NCBI GenBank assembly: GCA_038496445.1
Contig: JALMLS010000447.1
Location: forward strand, 186,001 to 250,000
Direction of reading: 5' to 3'
Origin: Trichosphaerium sp. ATCC 40318
Lineage: Eukaryota; Protista; Tubulinea
Length of the DNA stretch: 64,000 bases
In this document: positions 39,796 through 53,471 of the stretch, piece after piece
How the letters are laid out: every line of letters starts with the position of its first letter
Position numbering within the stretch: position 1 is the first letter of the stretch
Translations under genes and position numbers: made by a program
The notes under the pieces: model-generated
Told to the model about the DNA's origin: nothing
What the model saw: only the letters and a program-made list of their open reading frames with translations
The model's database searches: none

Positions 39796-41625
39796 CTACA
39801 ATATCAAAAGTAGCATGAGAAGAATTAATACAATACACACGCTAAGTGTTTGAGTGCTACACTTGAGAACCCTCACTGTGAGGATGCTTAAAATTGATGT
39901 TGCTGATCTTGTTTGCTCATCACATTGAGTTCCATCCAAAAGAACCATTGGTGTAACTTCTTCACATTCTTTACTCTGCAATATCTGTATTGAAGCTTCC
40001 TAAGGTACATGTGATTAAGTTAGAGTGGATATCGTTGTTTACTTCAATTGATGTTGCATCAATGTTAAATGGACCAACTATACAACCGCTCACGTTAAAT
40101 ATAGTATTGCCTTTGCTCAGCTGAATTATTGTGTTATTGAACCTTGCTTCACCTTTGAACTCTGTTACTAAATAATGAAATACAAATTGTACCATCAATA
40201 GAAACATCAAAATCAAGTACAACAACACTATCAGTTGGTATAAAATCTAACAACATTCCAACCTTAGTAAACATCTTTCAAAGACAATACCTGTTGTTGG
40301 TGTATCAGATGGTGCGGCTGTTGGCACTGATGTTGGCAAAACTGAAATGAACAATATTGTTATATCTTTGTTAAGTTCTAACAATATCCTTACCTGTAGG
40401 TGCTGCTATCGTTGTAGGTACTGTTGGTGGGTCTATCTCACATATAAAGAGTTCTGTTCTGTCACAAGTAATATCACCCCACAATACCCCTGCAGTATAA
40501 TTGCGCATGAATACACAATTTTCTTTGCTGTCGTTTCCAGGCTCATTTTCCTGCCAAGGTACTACAAAAAACTCTCTTCCAAAATCAAGTGGTTCATTCG
40601 TTACTGCCTTTGTATGTGTTAATTGATAGTAGGGTTAAGACCTATTAGTACCCATTGAAAGTCAAGGTGAGTTCTGTATCCACTTGTCAATCCAATCATT
40701 GCAGTATAACCTCGATCTACACTTTCTAGAGGTAAAATAGTTCCAATGAACTTATACTCCTCATCGCTGTTGATTGTAACAAGATATCCGCCTTGTTGCA
40801 AACAATGACCTATTTGATACCGTTATTGATATCTACTTTTTCGGTAGTACCTTGGGCTTCAGGCCATGTGTAACGCATTTCAAAAGGATTATAGCAATGA
40901 TCTATATTAAATCAACAAATAACGGAGAACGAAACAAGTTTTTAACTGAATACCTGAGCTCATATGCTCACAAGATATATTTTGTGATATATCTATGCAA
41001 GGTTTTGATACTGGTATAGTATCACTGGAGGGTGCTTCACAAACGAAATGATCTGAGGAGCAATTACCGTTTTGTATGATCTACCACAAAATAGGTGATT
41101 TAATACTGTTTGCAAAACCTATTGTACGCACGCCTCCCTGAAGTGTAGGGCAATTACTGTCGTTTATAACACTTCCTTGATATGCTACACCCATAGCAAT
41201 GTTATTGACAAGCGAGTTATCATACCAAAAGTAATCAATACTGTTTGAAGTGGTAATATTCAAACGTAATCGCTAATCAACCTTTTAAACAAAACACGTG
41301 ATTTGGAGATAAAAAAACATAAAAAAAACCCACGTGATTCTTTCATCGGTTAGTTTTGTGGACGTACGGGAAATAAAGTCATTACAGATGCTTCCATAAT
41401 ACTGTCTAGTACAAGAGGATTGAATCCTAACCAAGGAAAATGTAATTATTACGGTAAATAAGGCTATTCAGTTTGGCAGTTACCCATTTCGCATGAATCG
41501 TTGTCTGTATCATTATGGAGCGTGTATGTTGTATTTTCCCAAGTACACCTTGAAATAACTGCGCACGTGCCCATAGTTATGTAAACATATAAAGCGAGTG
41601 CAGACAGAGCATTACTTGAGGTCAT
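39796..41625 (-). CDS. C-type lectin GPI-signal protein, paralog D
   Basis: MTSSNALSALALYVYITMGTC; QQGGYLVTINS; PWQENEPGNDSKENCV...WGDITCDRTELFICE; C-terminus CIVLILLMLLLIL*. Confidence 0.85.
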
Positions 41626-42056
41626 ACGAGCTTTTGATGTCAGGCGTATGTAAAAAATGTGATTGGTTTTGTTATATTTAAGACGACTACCGCATGCGTC
41701 AATCTTCAAACATGTACCATCGAGGACCTTTTTCTATGTACTTGACACTCAAATTGGCTGTTTCGTTTCAATACCAGAATTTATTGTCACGTGCTAACAA
41801 ATGTATCGCAAACCATCTAAAATTGGTCTTATCACAAGTGAACATCTTATCCACTTTGCTTTTAACCACGTGATGACTTGTCATTCCAACATGCATTCTC
41901 CTGATGAGTCTTCGTTTACTATTTCCAAAATTAATTGATAAATAGTGAAGATTTTTTCAACTGACTGTTCTTGGCGCCTGCAAGAATCTAGCGTGTAGTA
42001 ACATTTAAACATGCGGTATAGTTTAGTGGTTTTGAAAAGTTTATTAAGACACGTGA

Positions 42057-43251
42057 TCAAACACGATCAATCTTACATGCTTCTTCACAAGTAATTTGAG
42101 TGCCATCATAGTAAAACTCAACGCAATTCTCCATCAAATATGGTATACACTCATTTGTTACCAGACCACAGGAATTTACCATAATACATTCAGCTTTCGT
42201 CAAAGTCTTAATACCTTCATCAGTAACAAGTGAACATTCGCTCAAATCGATTACTTTAACACCTTTTAAGCCAACAGCTCTCACTCCAACATCAGTGATG
42301 GCTGTGCAACCTGAAACATAAAGAATGCTAATACCTGCAAGAGCTATGAGTGAAGCATCTGTTATAGAAGTCTGACAAAGAACTGCAGAATAGCAACCTC
42401 TAAGTGCTTTGACACCTTCATCTGTTACACGAGTACAACTGTTAATATTGATCGTATGTACACCTGCCAATGCCTTTAGGCATTCATCTGTTACAGGTAA
42501 GCGTCTTAAATTAACAGTATGAACACCAGAAAGCGTAAAAAGTCCTTTAGAAGTCAGATTATTGCAACACGTGAGGTCTATTGTTTTCACTCCTTTAAGT
42601 GCTTCAAGACCCTCATCTGTGATAGCTGCACCGGCAAGATAGATAGTATGGACTCCTTTTAATGCTTTAATACCTGTATCAGTGATAGACTCGCAATTCT
42701 CAAGCAGTATAGTATGGACACCTTGAAGTGCTATCAACGACTTATCGGATATCTTAGTTGCTGATAAATCGATTGTATGGATCCTTCTCTTGTTGTTTGA
42801 AACAAGTGACAACACCCCAGTATCAGTTATCTCAGAGTGCGACAAACCAATGGCATGTATGTTGCTGAGCTCTGCCACACATTCATCTGTGATATTAGGA
42901 GTATAAGAAGCATCAACGTCTCGTACATTAGCCAAAGATTTAAAGTCCGAAACTGTCAAATCGTTCATTTGAGATAAAATGATTTTTGTGTTTTTGAGAA
43001 GCGGATTGCCGTCTAGTAGTTTTAATGCGCTCCTTGAGCGTATACGTATTTCACCATAGCCAATACGGTGCCTAACGATGGTCGATAAGGCTTTACAAGT
43101 TTGAGCGGCTGTATAACGCAATTTGATATTGCCAACGCGTATAATAAGCGTTAGCATATCTATTGGTAGGTCCAGAATACATTGTGGACGCAAGTCGCTA
43201 CAGCTGAGTTAAATGATGTAGAAAAACCCTTAATTTGCTTTTGTACCTCAT
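42057..43251 (-). CDS. F-box-like + leucine-rich repeat protein (FBXL/AMN1-like)
   Basis: 5-nt first exon ATGAG|gtacaa...ctgtag (intron 43198-43246) gives MSDLRPQCILDLPIDMLTLII (F-box-like). About 12 LRRs of the type LxGVHTIxLxxxxITDxG lie in one uninterrupted exon. Confidence 0.85.
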
Positions 43252-43679
43252 GCTGGCGGTGGAAATCGAATGTAAGCGCTTTGTTGTGTCTGTTCGTTGA
43301 TTAAAAGACATTACTGTGGCCGACTTACATCGTTTCGGAGAAAACGAGCTAAAAAGGGAATGTCGTTAATCTTTTTTATCTATAGTCTGGGTCAACCCTA
43401 CAAGGATACACAAGCATGTTCACACATTAACCGAACGATCAATACTCCCTTAGGGGGTCTGGAAAACGTGCAATCAAAATCTGTTTTTCTGAAAATTAAT
43501 ACAGATCGATTGATACTAACGCTTGCACTCACCTATTTGAAACTCAGATTGGTTGATTCGTGGCGGAAGTAATACTATTATTATTGTCACATGCCAACCA
43601 ATGTAACAAACCGTCTAATAGTGGTACTATCTTAACATCAACTTGAAAGAAACTAGCAAATGACTTTTGAAATTTAATG

Positions 43680-45402
43680 TCACAATATCAGAAATAACAT
43701 GACTAGAAGCAGTACAGTACACATAGTGAGTCTCCGAGAGCCACACTCGAAAATTGAAATATTTAGAGTGCTTAACAGTGATGTAGATGATCTTGTTTGC
43801 TCTTGACACTGCTTTATACCCAAGAGAACCATTGGTGTCGCTGCTACACACTCTGGTTTTTGTGATATCAATACCGAAGCAACCTATAAATACATATGTG
43901 ATTAAATTCGAAAAAACAATATTGGTTTTACCCTGACTGACTTTACATCAACAATAAATGTTCCAATAATACAACCAGTCACATTGACTATTGTATTAGT
44001 GTTTCTTATCTGAAGTGTCGTATTATTGAACCTAACAGTGCCTATGATAAAGAGTTGAGTTAGTACAACATACATTCCAACCACACAAGTACCATTAACA
44101 ACAAGATTTGAGTCTAGTACAACAACACTATCGGGTGTAAACTCTACAACATATTAGTAACCAACCTGATTACTCACAATAGTGTTTATGTACGTGTTGG
44201 AATTTGTTCTATCTCACATATAAAGAGTTCTTCTCTGTGACAAGCTATATCAGCCCATATTACTTTTGTAGTATCGTTACGCATGATCACACAATTTTCC
44301 TTAGTATCGGCGGTGGTTGATGGCTCATTTTCAAACCAAGGGAATACAAAAAACTCCCTTCCAAAATCACGTGGTTCATTCGTTACTGCCTTTGTATGTG
44401 TTAATTGATAGTAGGGTTAAGACCTATTAGTACCCATTGAAAGTCAAGGTGAGTTCTGTATCCACTTGTCAATCCAATCATTGCAGTATAACCTCGGCTT
44501 AAACTTTCCAGAGGTAGGATGCTAGCAATGAAATTGAACTCATCAGTGCTGTTTATTGCCACAAGGTATCCGCCTTGCTGTAAACAATGAGCTATTTGCT
44601 ATAGTTATTCTCTATTTGTATAGCACAGACTTTTTTCTAGACCTTACCTTGAGCTTCAGGCCATGTGTATCTCATTTCAAAAGTGTTGTAGCAATGACCT
44701 GGTAAGTAATCAAAAAAATGAATAGGTTCGTCGCACACTACCCGAAATAGAGTTGTAGTGATCACAAGGTATATTCTGTGCAACCTCTATACACGGTTTA
44801 GATACTGGAGGTACATCACTAGAAGGTGCTTCACAAACGAAATGCTCAGTGGTACAATTACTGTTGTGTACGAACTAGAAAGAAGTGAGATAAATGAAGA
44901 TAAACTTGAATAATGTCACAGCACGAAATGCACTCACGCCTCTATGTAGTATAGGACAGTTTGTGTTATTAATGGTACTCCCTCGAAATGTTATATCCAA
45001 AGCAATTGTATTTACAAACGAGCTATCATACCAAGAATAATCTGAACTTCCTTGAGATATATTTAACCTTAGCTGCTAATAACGCTTTATTAAAAAAAGA
45101 CACGTGATTTCGGAGATTCAATTAATTTTTGCCTCGTGGACGTACGGGAAATAAAGTCATTATAGATGCTTCCATTATACTGTCAAGTACAAGAGGATGG
45201 TAGCCTAAAATCGTAAAAACGGTTTAGCCTATTAATGATACAATCTTTATTATAACATACCCATTTCGCATGAATCATTCCCTATATCGTTATGAAGCGT
45301 GTATGTTGTATTTTCCCATGTACATCTTGAAATAACGTCACAAGTGCTTGTAGAGATATTAATATACAAAAAGATTACCAGCAGGGCAAATCCGGAACTC
45401 AT
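43680..45402 (-). CDS. C-type lectin GPI-signal protein, paralog E
   Basis: MSSGFALLVIFLYINISTSTC; PWFENEPSTTADTKENCV...WADIACHREELFICE; C-terminus CTVLLLVMLFLIL*. Confidence 0.85.
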
Positions 45403-45754
45403 ACTTGATGTTTGATGTTATAATTATACTATGATTAGATCATTCCGGTACAATGTGATTTCTAGCCTGTCATTTGATTACTAACGTGTTCGCCTTTCTC
45501 CATGGTACTAAAAGTCGGCTTTTCAAAACGAAGGGCCTTATCTAGGATCAAAAAACTTTGAAATCACGTGATTAATACACAGGAATATTATAAGATAGTT
45601 GAACGAATAAAGACACTCTAGTATTGTTGATTTTAACAGGATTTACTTTATTTGTTGGCCCAGTGGTTGGAAAGGCAATGTTGCTCCACAATCTCTTTCT
45701 TAGGACAAGAATATAAAACTGGTAAAGTGATGCTTGGACTAATAATCTTCGGCC

Positions 45755-47592
45755 TTACAATATAAAAAATAGAATGATTATCAGTAATGCAATACAAACA
45801 GTAAGTGTTCGACTGCTACACTTGAAAACCTGTATATTGAGAGTGCTTGATAGCAATGACGATGTTCTTGTTTGATCAAAGCATTGGTTTGAACGCAAGA
45901 GGACCATTGGTGAGATCTCTGTACATTCTTTTAGATGCGATAACATAATTGAACCTGCCTATAAAATAACATGTGCTTAAGTGTTTGTATAGGATATTTG
46001 AGTTGGTACCTCAATTGATGTTGCATCGATGTTAAAAGTGCCAACTATACAGTCGCCCACTTCAAATATTGTATTTGTTTTGCTCAGTTGAAGTGTTGTG
46101 TTATTGAATCTAGCTGTGCCTTCAAACGTATATTAGATTGTAAAGATTCCTAGTCCTAAAAATTACCATCAATAGAAATATCAAAATCGAGTACGACAAC
46201 ACTGTCAGTTGGTATAAAATCTAACTACAAGTTAGTAACTAACACTTGGTATTTAAGTTGAAACAAACTTGTTGTTGGAGCACCAGATGGAGCATCTGTT
46301 GGAGCATCTGTTGGCGTGGATTAGGTAAAACTGATGAGGTATTAATATTTCGCAACTTCATCACATACGTGTTGAAGGAGCTGGTTCAATCTCACATATA
46401 AAGCGAAACCGTCTATCACATGTTATGTCATGCCATGTAAAATTTCCTATTGTGTCGTTCCGCATAATTACACAATTTTCCTTGCTTGTATTGAAGAATT
46501 GTGGTTCGTTTGGTCCTTGCCAAGGGAATACATAAAATTCTTGTCCAAAATCACGTGGTTCACTCGTTACTGCCTAAGTGTATGCGTTAGTTATACAAAT
46601 CGGCAAAATATAATAGTACCCATTGAAAGTCAAGGTGATATCTGTATCCACTTGTCAATCCAAGTACTATAGAAGTTATGGGATAGTCGTAAGGGAAAAT
46701 ACTTTTAATAAAATCAAACTCTTCAGCACTGTTGATTGTTACAAGGTATCCATTTTGTTGTAAACAATACGCTAAGATTATTATTGTAATTAGTGTATAA
46801 TATTTGAATATAATAGTACCTTGAGCTTCAGCCCATGATAAATACGACCCAATAGAGTTGTAGCAATGATCTGTGATCTGCTTTAAAAAAAGGGAGAATA
46901 CTAATAAAGTTTCTTTTCGTTTATAATACCTGTATCGTTGTTGGGGTGCTCACAAGGTACGTTATCCGATATCTCTACGCAAGGCGTTGTTACTAGTGGA
47001 ACATTGCCAGAGGGAGCTTCACAAACGAAATGATCTGATGTACAACTATTTTCTATGAACTATCAAAAGATTAAAAAAAACTTCAACAAATTATTTTGAG
47101 AAAAAACATTGTACGCCTCTATCGAGTGTAGGACAGTTGGTATCATTAATAGGGTTTCCTCTATATTCAATCAATTGTTCCATAGCGATGTCATTGACAC
47201 GCGAGTTGTCATACCAAAAGTAATTAAGACTGTTTGAAGTGGTGATATTCAAACGTAATCGCTATTCGACCTTTTTAGCAACAAACACGTGATTTGGAGA
47301 TAAAATAAAAAGATTAAAAATTTGTGCTCTCGTACGGGAAATAAAGTCATTACAGATGCTTCCATAATACTGTCAAGTACAAGAGGGTTAAATCCTACGA
47401 GAAAACAAATAAGTAGGGAAAATAAAGGTCCTTTCTCATAGAAAAGTTACCCATTTCGCACGAATCGTTGTCTGTATCATTATGGAGCGTGTATGTTGTA
47501 TTTTCCCATGTACACCTTGAAACAACTGCGCATGTGCTGTTGGTGATGTAAATAACCATAAACAGTGCGAACCAGGCAAGTCTTGAAGTCAT
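45755..47592 (-). CDS. C-type lectin GPI-signal protein, paralog F
   Basis: MTSRLAWFALFMVIYITNSTC; PWQGPNEPQFFNTSKENCV...WHDITCDRRFRFICE; longer Pro/Thr stalk (PTDAPTDAPSGAPT); C-terminus CIALLIIILFFIL*. Confidence 0.85.
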
Positions 47593-48003
47593 ACTGGAAG
47601 CTTGTTTGAAAGTCTATGTCTTTTGAAAATAAAAGAAATATGTGATCGGAAAGTAAAACAAAATGGTGAAAAAAAATTACTTTAAGAAAGTAACGGAACT
47701 TGCTTAAGTGCACTTAATATATCTTAGTTACTCGGAAACGATACCAATTGATTAACCTGGATCTCCGTTTTTCCATGAGAGAATTGGCTCCCGCAGTTCA
47801 GAGAATACCGGAGTTGAAAAATACAGCATGCGTCAACACGGCACGAGCACTAAACTGGCTATGTTCGCATTATGCATTGATTTAGCTAACAACAGTAACT
47901 AGAAGTATCTCGTGTAGTAATTTTATAAGCACTCTAAGAAAAAAGCGTTGTAAATTTAAACGCCTGTTTTGGTAATACACGCGATTATTGAAAACTAAAT
48001 AAC

Positions 48004-48290
48004 ATGGAGATTAAAAAAATTAAAGATTATTTTGGTATGATGACTCACTTGTATATCGTTGCTATGATCAAAGAATACCCTGGTACTAATGTTGATAGTA
48101 ATTGTCCTAAAATGGGTGAATACTGACATTGTTTACACTTTGAGAACATTTCAAAAATGACTTCCATTGCTAAAGTACATTTTGTTTGTGAAGCACCTTC
48201 AATTGATATCCCTATACAATAAAGCCTTGTGTGAAAAAAGCAACACAGAAACTACCTTGCGAGCAAAAGAGTTCTGAATCAGGTATAGCA
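48004..48290 (+). pseudogene. Degenerate relic of lectin family (exon 3-4 fragments)
   Basis: Recognisable family segments ttattttggtatgatgactcactt (YFWYD) and cattttgtttgtgaagcacct (HFVCEAP), with deletions and stops. Confidence 0.65.
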
Positions 48291-48676
48291 ATTGTTTTCT
48301 CATACTGGGGTTTGCTCTTAGGTCATAAGCCGGCTACGAAAATAAAGGAAAACTCTAACAACCTTTTTTGTGTGATACTAGTATCGAGCACAAACGAATT
48401 TCAAAACCAATGAGAGCATGTAGAACTTAAAAAGAGCATGTGGTGCCATGGTACAATACCAACAAAATCTCATAGGTTCCTTAACCGGCGCTACAGGTTT
48501 TTGTAGCCGGCTTTGACGGACCATAAGAACCTCTTAAATCAGGCTCTGGTTTATCTTCTGTCTTGTGTTGCATTGTAGACGCACATTTTATAGAATTAAG
48601 TGACTGTTTGTGTTCGTGTCAATTTTTTTTTACGTTCAGACCATCAATATACGACGCCTACATACCACAAATCGCT

Positions 48677-50560
48677 ATGACTGACTGCAATGACATGGAT
48701 ATTGATAACAGTACAGAGGTTCCTAGAATTGAAGTTGATAAAGAAGCTTCCTGGGCCGTTTGGTGCTCTGGAAAGCAGCTTTACATGAAGGTAGAGCCTT
48801 TTTATCATGCTGATGAGTATTTGGTTCACCACTTGTTTTAAATGTCACGTATACCATCCTCATGCGTAGTAGCATAATGTTTTAGCATGTATGGTCGCAT
48901 CAGCTGTTGGTGGTGATACAACAGAAGTACCAACAGGCGTCAAAACACCCGTAAATTACGCTGATACCCTTCTAATATGGCAAAAAGAATGTCAGGGTAC
49001 TCCACTATCCATTAAACTGCCCGCATCGCCAAAACCAAATAAAAAACGTAAAAAACCCGAAATGAATAGTGAACTGGACGCCATTGACGAAGACGAGCTT
49101 ACAGATATCACACGAGCACGCTTTTTACGCTTAAGCCTTTTTCGAAGAAACCACGTGTCAAAAATCAAACCCAGGAACTTACGATTGTTGCTTAGATGTC
49201 ATCATCAAGGGAAGAAAAAACGCCAACAAAAACAGTATCAAAGAAACGAAAAGTTGTCATCTCTAGAACGGATAGTGATATTGCACGCGAAATGCAGAAG
49301 GAGTTTGATACTGAAATTAAAAAACGAGATCAAGCTAAAGCTGATAAAGACTATGCACTGGGTACCAAGAGACATAGATAAAAAATCAATGACCAACATT
49401 GAATGCTCAAAGTACTTTTTTTAGCTTTTTACCTACAGAACAGAGGTGAAGAACCAGTGTACTCCTTACCTGATAAAACTGCTCAAGTGATTCCATTGGA
49501 GTATGGTGTCATTCTATTCAAGAACTATCTCAATGTGGTATGTATCTTTCGACAACAACATTAAGTCTGAGACTTATTATTTTTTTACAGAGCGAACAAG
49601 TTGGTATTTATACAATGTGCTCGGAACTCAACAATGCCAGTTAGCAATAGTAACAGAGATTCCCAATATCCTTATATTATATTCTAGGTATTCCTAAAGC
49701 TACTACAGCAACTCATCCTGCTACCGTGTTCATGTACAACTGGGCGAATTATCAACAGTAAGTTCTCTTTGAAACTCTTCAACTCGATTCTATCTACAAA
49801 TATCTTGTTTGCTTGTATGTCTTAGTGATTTTTATTATTACAGACCAATCATGAAATTGCTAAACCAAAAGATTTATTTGCTTGGGGAGAAGGGCTATAT
49901 AAAAAGGCACACTATTATGCCAAAGAAAATAACATTTTAATGGACACAAACGATCATAAATTTCGCCACCCCACAACATTCAAACCAGATCAACTTATTG
50001 GATTATTGTATACTGGTAAGTAATGTATCTTGTACTTGAGTACATTGAATTCATACTAAAATCAAACAAGAGTTTGAGACTTATTAAGTCACTTTGCGCT
50101 GGAGTTAACTTAATCTACATAAGTTTGTGGTCTTACTCTTTTTTGTAGAAACGGGCAGCTTGTACTGCCATAAAGATGGTGTACCCGGATGGGTAATAAG
50201 TACCACAATAGGTAACGATGTTATATTTTATGTTGCAGGCAACCAAAAAGGCACTGAAGGACGTTTTGGTTAGTTGATCATTTAAATCACAAAAAAACCT
50301 GTAAATACTCACGTTTATACGTAGATATGAGACTTCAATCTGGTGATGTTGTATTGTTCAATGGTAATGATACTTTCCATGGTATTGAAAAAGTATATAA
50401 TCACACTGTAGGTGTTCTAGAGATCAATATTTTTCTTTCTTTCCTCGAAAAGTGAATCCGCTTTATTCTCATTTTTTTCTAGGCTCCCTCCTTTTGGAAT
50501 GACTTAGAAACGTTTGGATATGCGAGATTCAACTTGCAGTTCAGGGAGAGACAAAAATAA
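48677..50560 (+). CDS. AlkB-like 2OG-Fe(II) dioxygenase, multi-exon
   Basis: Spliced C-terminal domain: YGVILFKNYL...FKPDQLIGLLY...LYCHKD (HxD)...VISTTIG...LQSGDVVLFNG..TFHGI...RFNLQFR, the AlkB-family signature. The N-terminal half is low-complexity and basic, with DSDIAREMQ and DYALAFYLQ UIM-like motifs. Confidence 0.8.
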
Positions 50561-50689
50561 CTCATACCTTATGACAGCTTGTACATTTTGTAAATACAGT
50601 AGATCAGTATTAAGTAAACCTCAAATAAACTTGCGCAACATTTCGTAGTCAGTGAAGGCTATACTTTCATCGTATACAAGCTTCGAGTA

Positions 50690-51190
50690 TTGACATCAAG
50701 ACTTGCATTATTCGCACTGTATATGTTCGTTTACATCACCAACAGCACATGCACAGTTGTTTCGGGATGTACTTGGGAAAGTACAACATACACGCTCCAT
50801 AATGATACAGACAATGATTCGTGCGAAATGGGTAATGTTTTAATGAGAAAGAACTTACTCGCATTTTATTTGCCCTAACATTGCTTTGTTAGCTAGGATT
50901 CAATCGTCTTGTACTAGACAGTAAACATGGAAGAATCTGTAATTACTTTATTTCCTCTGTATGAGAATGCTATAGAAATCACAGACTATAATTGTGGTTA
51001 TCACAAAAAAAAAAAAAAAAAAAAAAGGCAACCTTCTCCCTCTTTTTAAAGGCTTTACAGGTCATTGCTACAGCCCTGTTCGCTTGAAGTACACGTGGCC
51101 TAAAGCTCAAGGTACCCTACAAAAAAATAGTATCTCTGAAATATTAATATATTAATAGTTCATCTCAAGGACATTGTTTACAACAAGGTG
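50690..51190 (+). pseudogene. Truncated lectin family pseudogene
   Basis: Exons 1-2 are homologous to paralogs, but the ATG is disrupted (agtattgaca vs agtatgact). Internal deletions, a poly-A tract, and an end after HCLQQG. Confidence 0.75.
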
Positions 51191-51411
51191 TACTAAAAAA
51201 GAACCTATCCTTTGTGTTCTTGTTCGCCACTTGTCATTGTTGTTAACTGATTTGCTTCTTTGTTGTGTATTGTATGAGAATAGAATAGAGTCGGTTCACT
51301 CAGTTCAAACGCGTGAAATAATCGAAAGTCATTCAAAAACAATTGTTTACGTTGTACGACTTTTTTTTCTTTTCTCTTTATTAATCTTGCGGGCAACCCT
51401 TAACTCCATTA

Positions 51412-52374
51412 ATGACATCCAAAACACCAAAATACAATGTACGGTATAAACGACGTCACACTACGACTAACAACAACAAAAACTAGTTACCATCCGAGGA
51501 ATGTCTTGTATTGTGTCTTCCGTTGGAACTACATTGTGAAATCATTGATTTAAGCTTTGAAGTTTATCAAAAGTGGTCGTTGTTATCAAAATACACAGCA
51601 ACAACAACAAGGTTTGACAACGAGTTGAATAAACGTGGGAAATGGATAAAAAAAAGAGATAAACTGCTAACTGTTTTATTTCACGTGCATTTCAAAAACG
51701 GTTTACGTCATGGATATTCGAAGAGTTGGTATGATGACGGCCAAGTATCATCTCAAGTACAGTTCGTGAATGGTAAAGAACAAGGAGAGTTTAAGAAGTT
51801 CTATCCTAGTGGTACATTGAGGCAATGTTTCAATTACATAGATGGTAAAAAAGACAAAGAGTTTAAGCAGTTCTATAGGAATGGTCAAGTATCTACGCAC
51901 CGTAATTATTCCAATGGTGTACTAGAAGGAGAGTACAAAGAGTGGTATACTGATGGTAAAATGAAGATGAAGGTATTTTATGTCAACGGTAAAAGAGAAG
52001 GAGTGAGCAAGCGTTGGTATGAAAATGGCCAATTGAGAGCTCACTACAATTATGTGAATGGTAAAGAAGAAGGAGAGTGTAAGTACTGGTATGAGAATGG
52101 CCAACTGAGAGATCAGTACAATGCTGTAAATGGTAAACATGAAGGTGAGTGTAAGCGGTGGTATAACAATGGGCAATTGTGGAGTAATACATACTACAAA
52201 AATGGTACTATTGAAGGAGAAGCCAAGGAGTGGTATCAAAATGGACGAACAAAGAAAATAGTTTATTATGAGAATGGCAAATATAATGGCACTTTTAAGA
52301 GGTATGACTTACGGGGCAACTTGACTTTACAGTGTAGATATGTAAATGGTTTGAGAATGAAAAAAAATAGCTAA
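51412..52374 (+). CDS. F-box-like + MORN-variant (MORN_2/YwqK-like) repeat protein
   Basis: Exon 1 MTSKTPKYN, intron 51439-51486 (gtacgg...ctag), then LPLELHCEIIDL (F-box-like) and about 9 repeats of G(E)xKxWYENGQLxxxxxYxNGKxE in a single exon. Confidence 0.85.
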
Positions 52375-53471
52375 AACTAAATAAAAAAGGTTGATTGTTT
52401 GAACACTGACACCAGATGCTGCACCGTATAATAAGGTATTCACTGCTTAATCTTCTTCAAGTCGAACATGCAAGTCATGCACTAATGAATCGTAGACAGA
52501 CACTGCATGATAATTCAATATGAAACCAGCACACCACGTGTTTTTTAACAACACTTGTCTTAAATAGCTCACACTGAGTCTTTACAGGTCATTAACCCTA
52601 TTACTGCTAAAGGTTGGCTACCATGAGATGTCATCTTCATCAAACCTGTACTAAGTGTCCAAAATGTTGAGATCCGAGTAAGTGTTGTCCGTTTTATATT
52701 ATCCGTCTCATTTTCGTCTTACTATTTTCTAGAAAGTGAGTTTCTAGCACTTTTAGCAGATCTAGCAAGAATTGACACTTGTCAAATGGTGTAGATCTAT
52801 CACCATGTGAACTATTTGCATTACTATATTGTTTCATAGTATGACTTGCGTACCTGTAAGGTGAACAAAAATGCGTGTATGTCAGTTTCAACAGACCACT
52901 TAAGATTGCAGCATTTTAACTACGCAAACTGTACACGGTACGAGCCCACAAGAGTGCTCAATGAGGTAAAAGCGAATTAAAAAGGTATGATGCCCTACAA
53001 AGCTATTGCATTACCGCCAAACACGATATGAATGGCCTCAAACACCGTTTGCTGTATGTTTTGTTACAACAATTCAACGTAAGTGTATAACTTACTAGCG
53101 CTACACTGGCGCCTACCCCACGCTAACAAAAGTGCTACGGCAGCACCCAAACAGCAAGTCAGGTGTAGCAATATTAAACCTTCCCAAAGTGCCACTAGCG
53201 TTGCTGTAGGCTTTGTAAACGCCGCCAGGTGTCAAATATTTGTAACAAAAAATTTTGCAATGGGTTTGTTAAATCACGTTTCCACGTGGGTTTAAACTGT
53301 TGGATTCACTCGACAGGCAGGAGGCTAGATTATTTGAAAAAAGATCTATCGGAAGTGGCAATCCGTCAGATAATGGATAGACAATGTTAAGGTTTTCTTT
53401 GGGAAATGGTAAACGACTTTCTTTAGTTCACAGCATATTCTAGAAAATAAGAAGCTACTCTTGAAAGTAAT

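Noticed and set aside
48321-48525. Short inverted repeat aagccggctac(g/a)aaa as a MITE
   Set aside because: Only about 15 bp with a palindromic core and no TSD, which is insufficient support.
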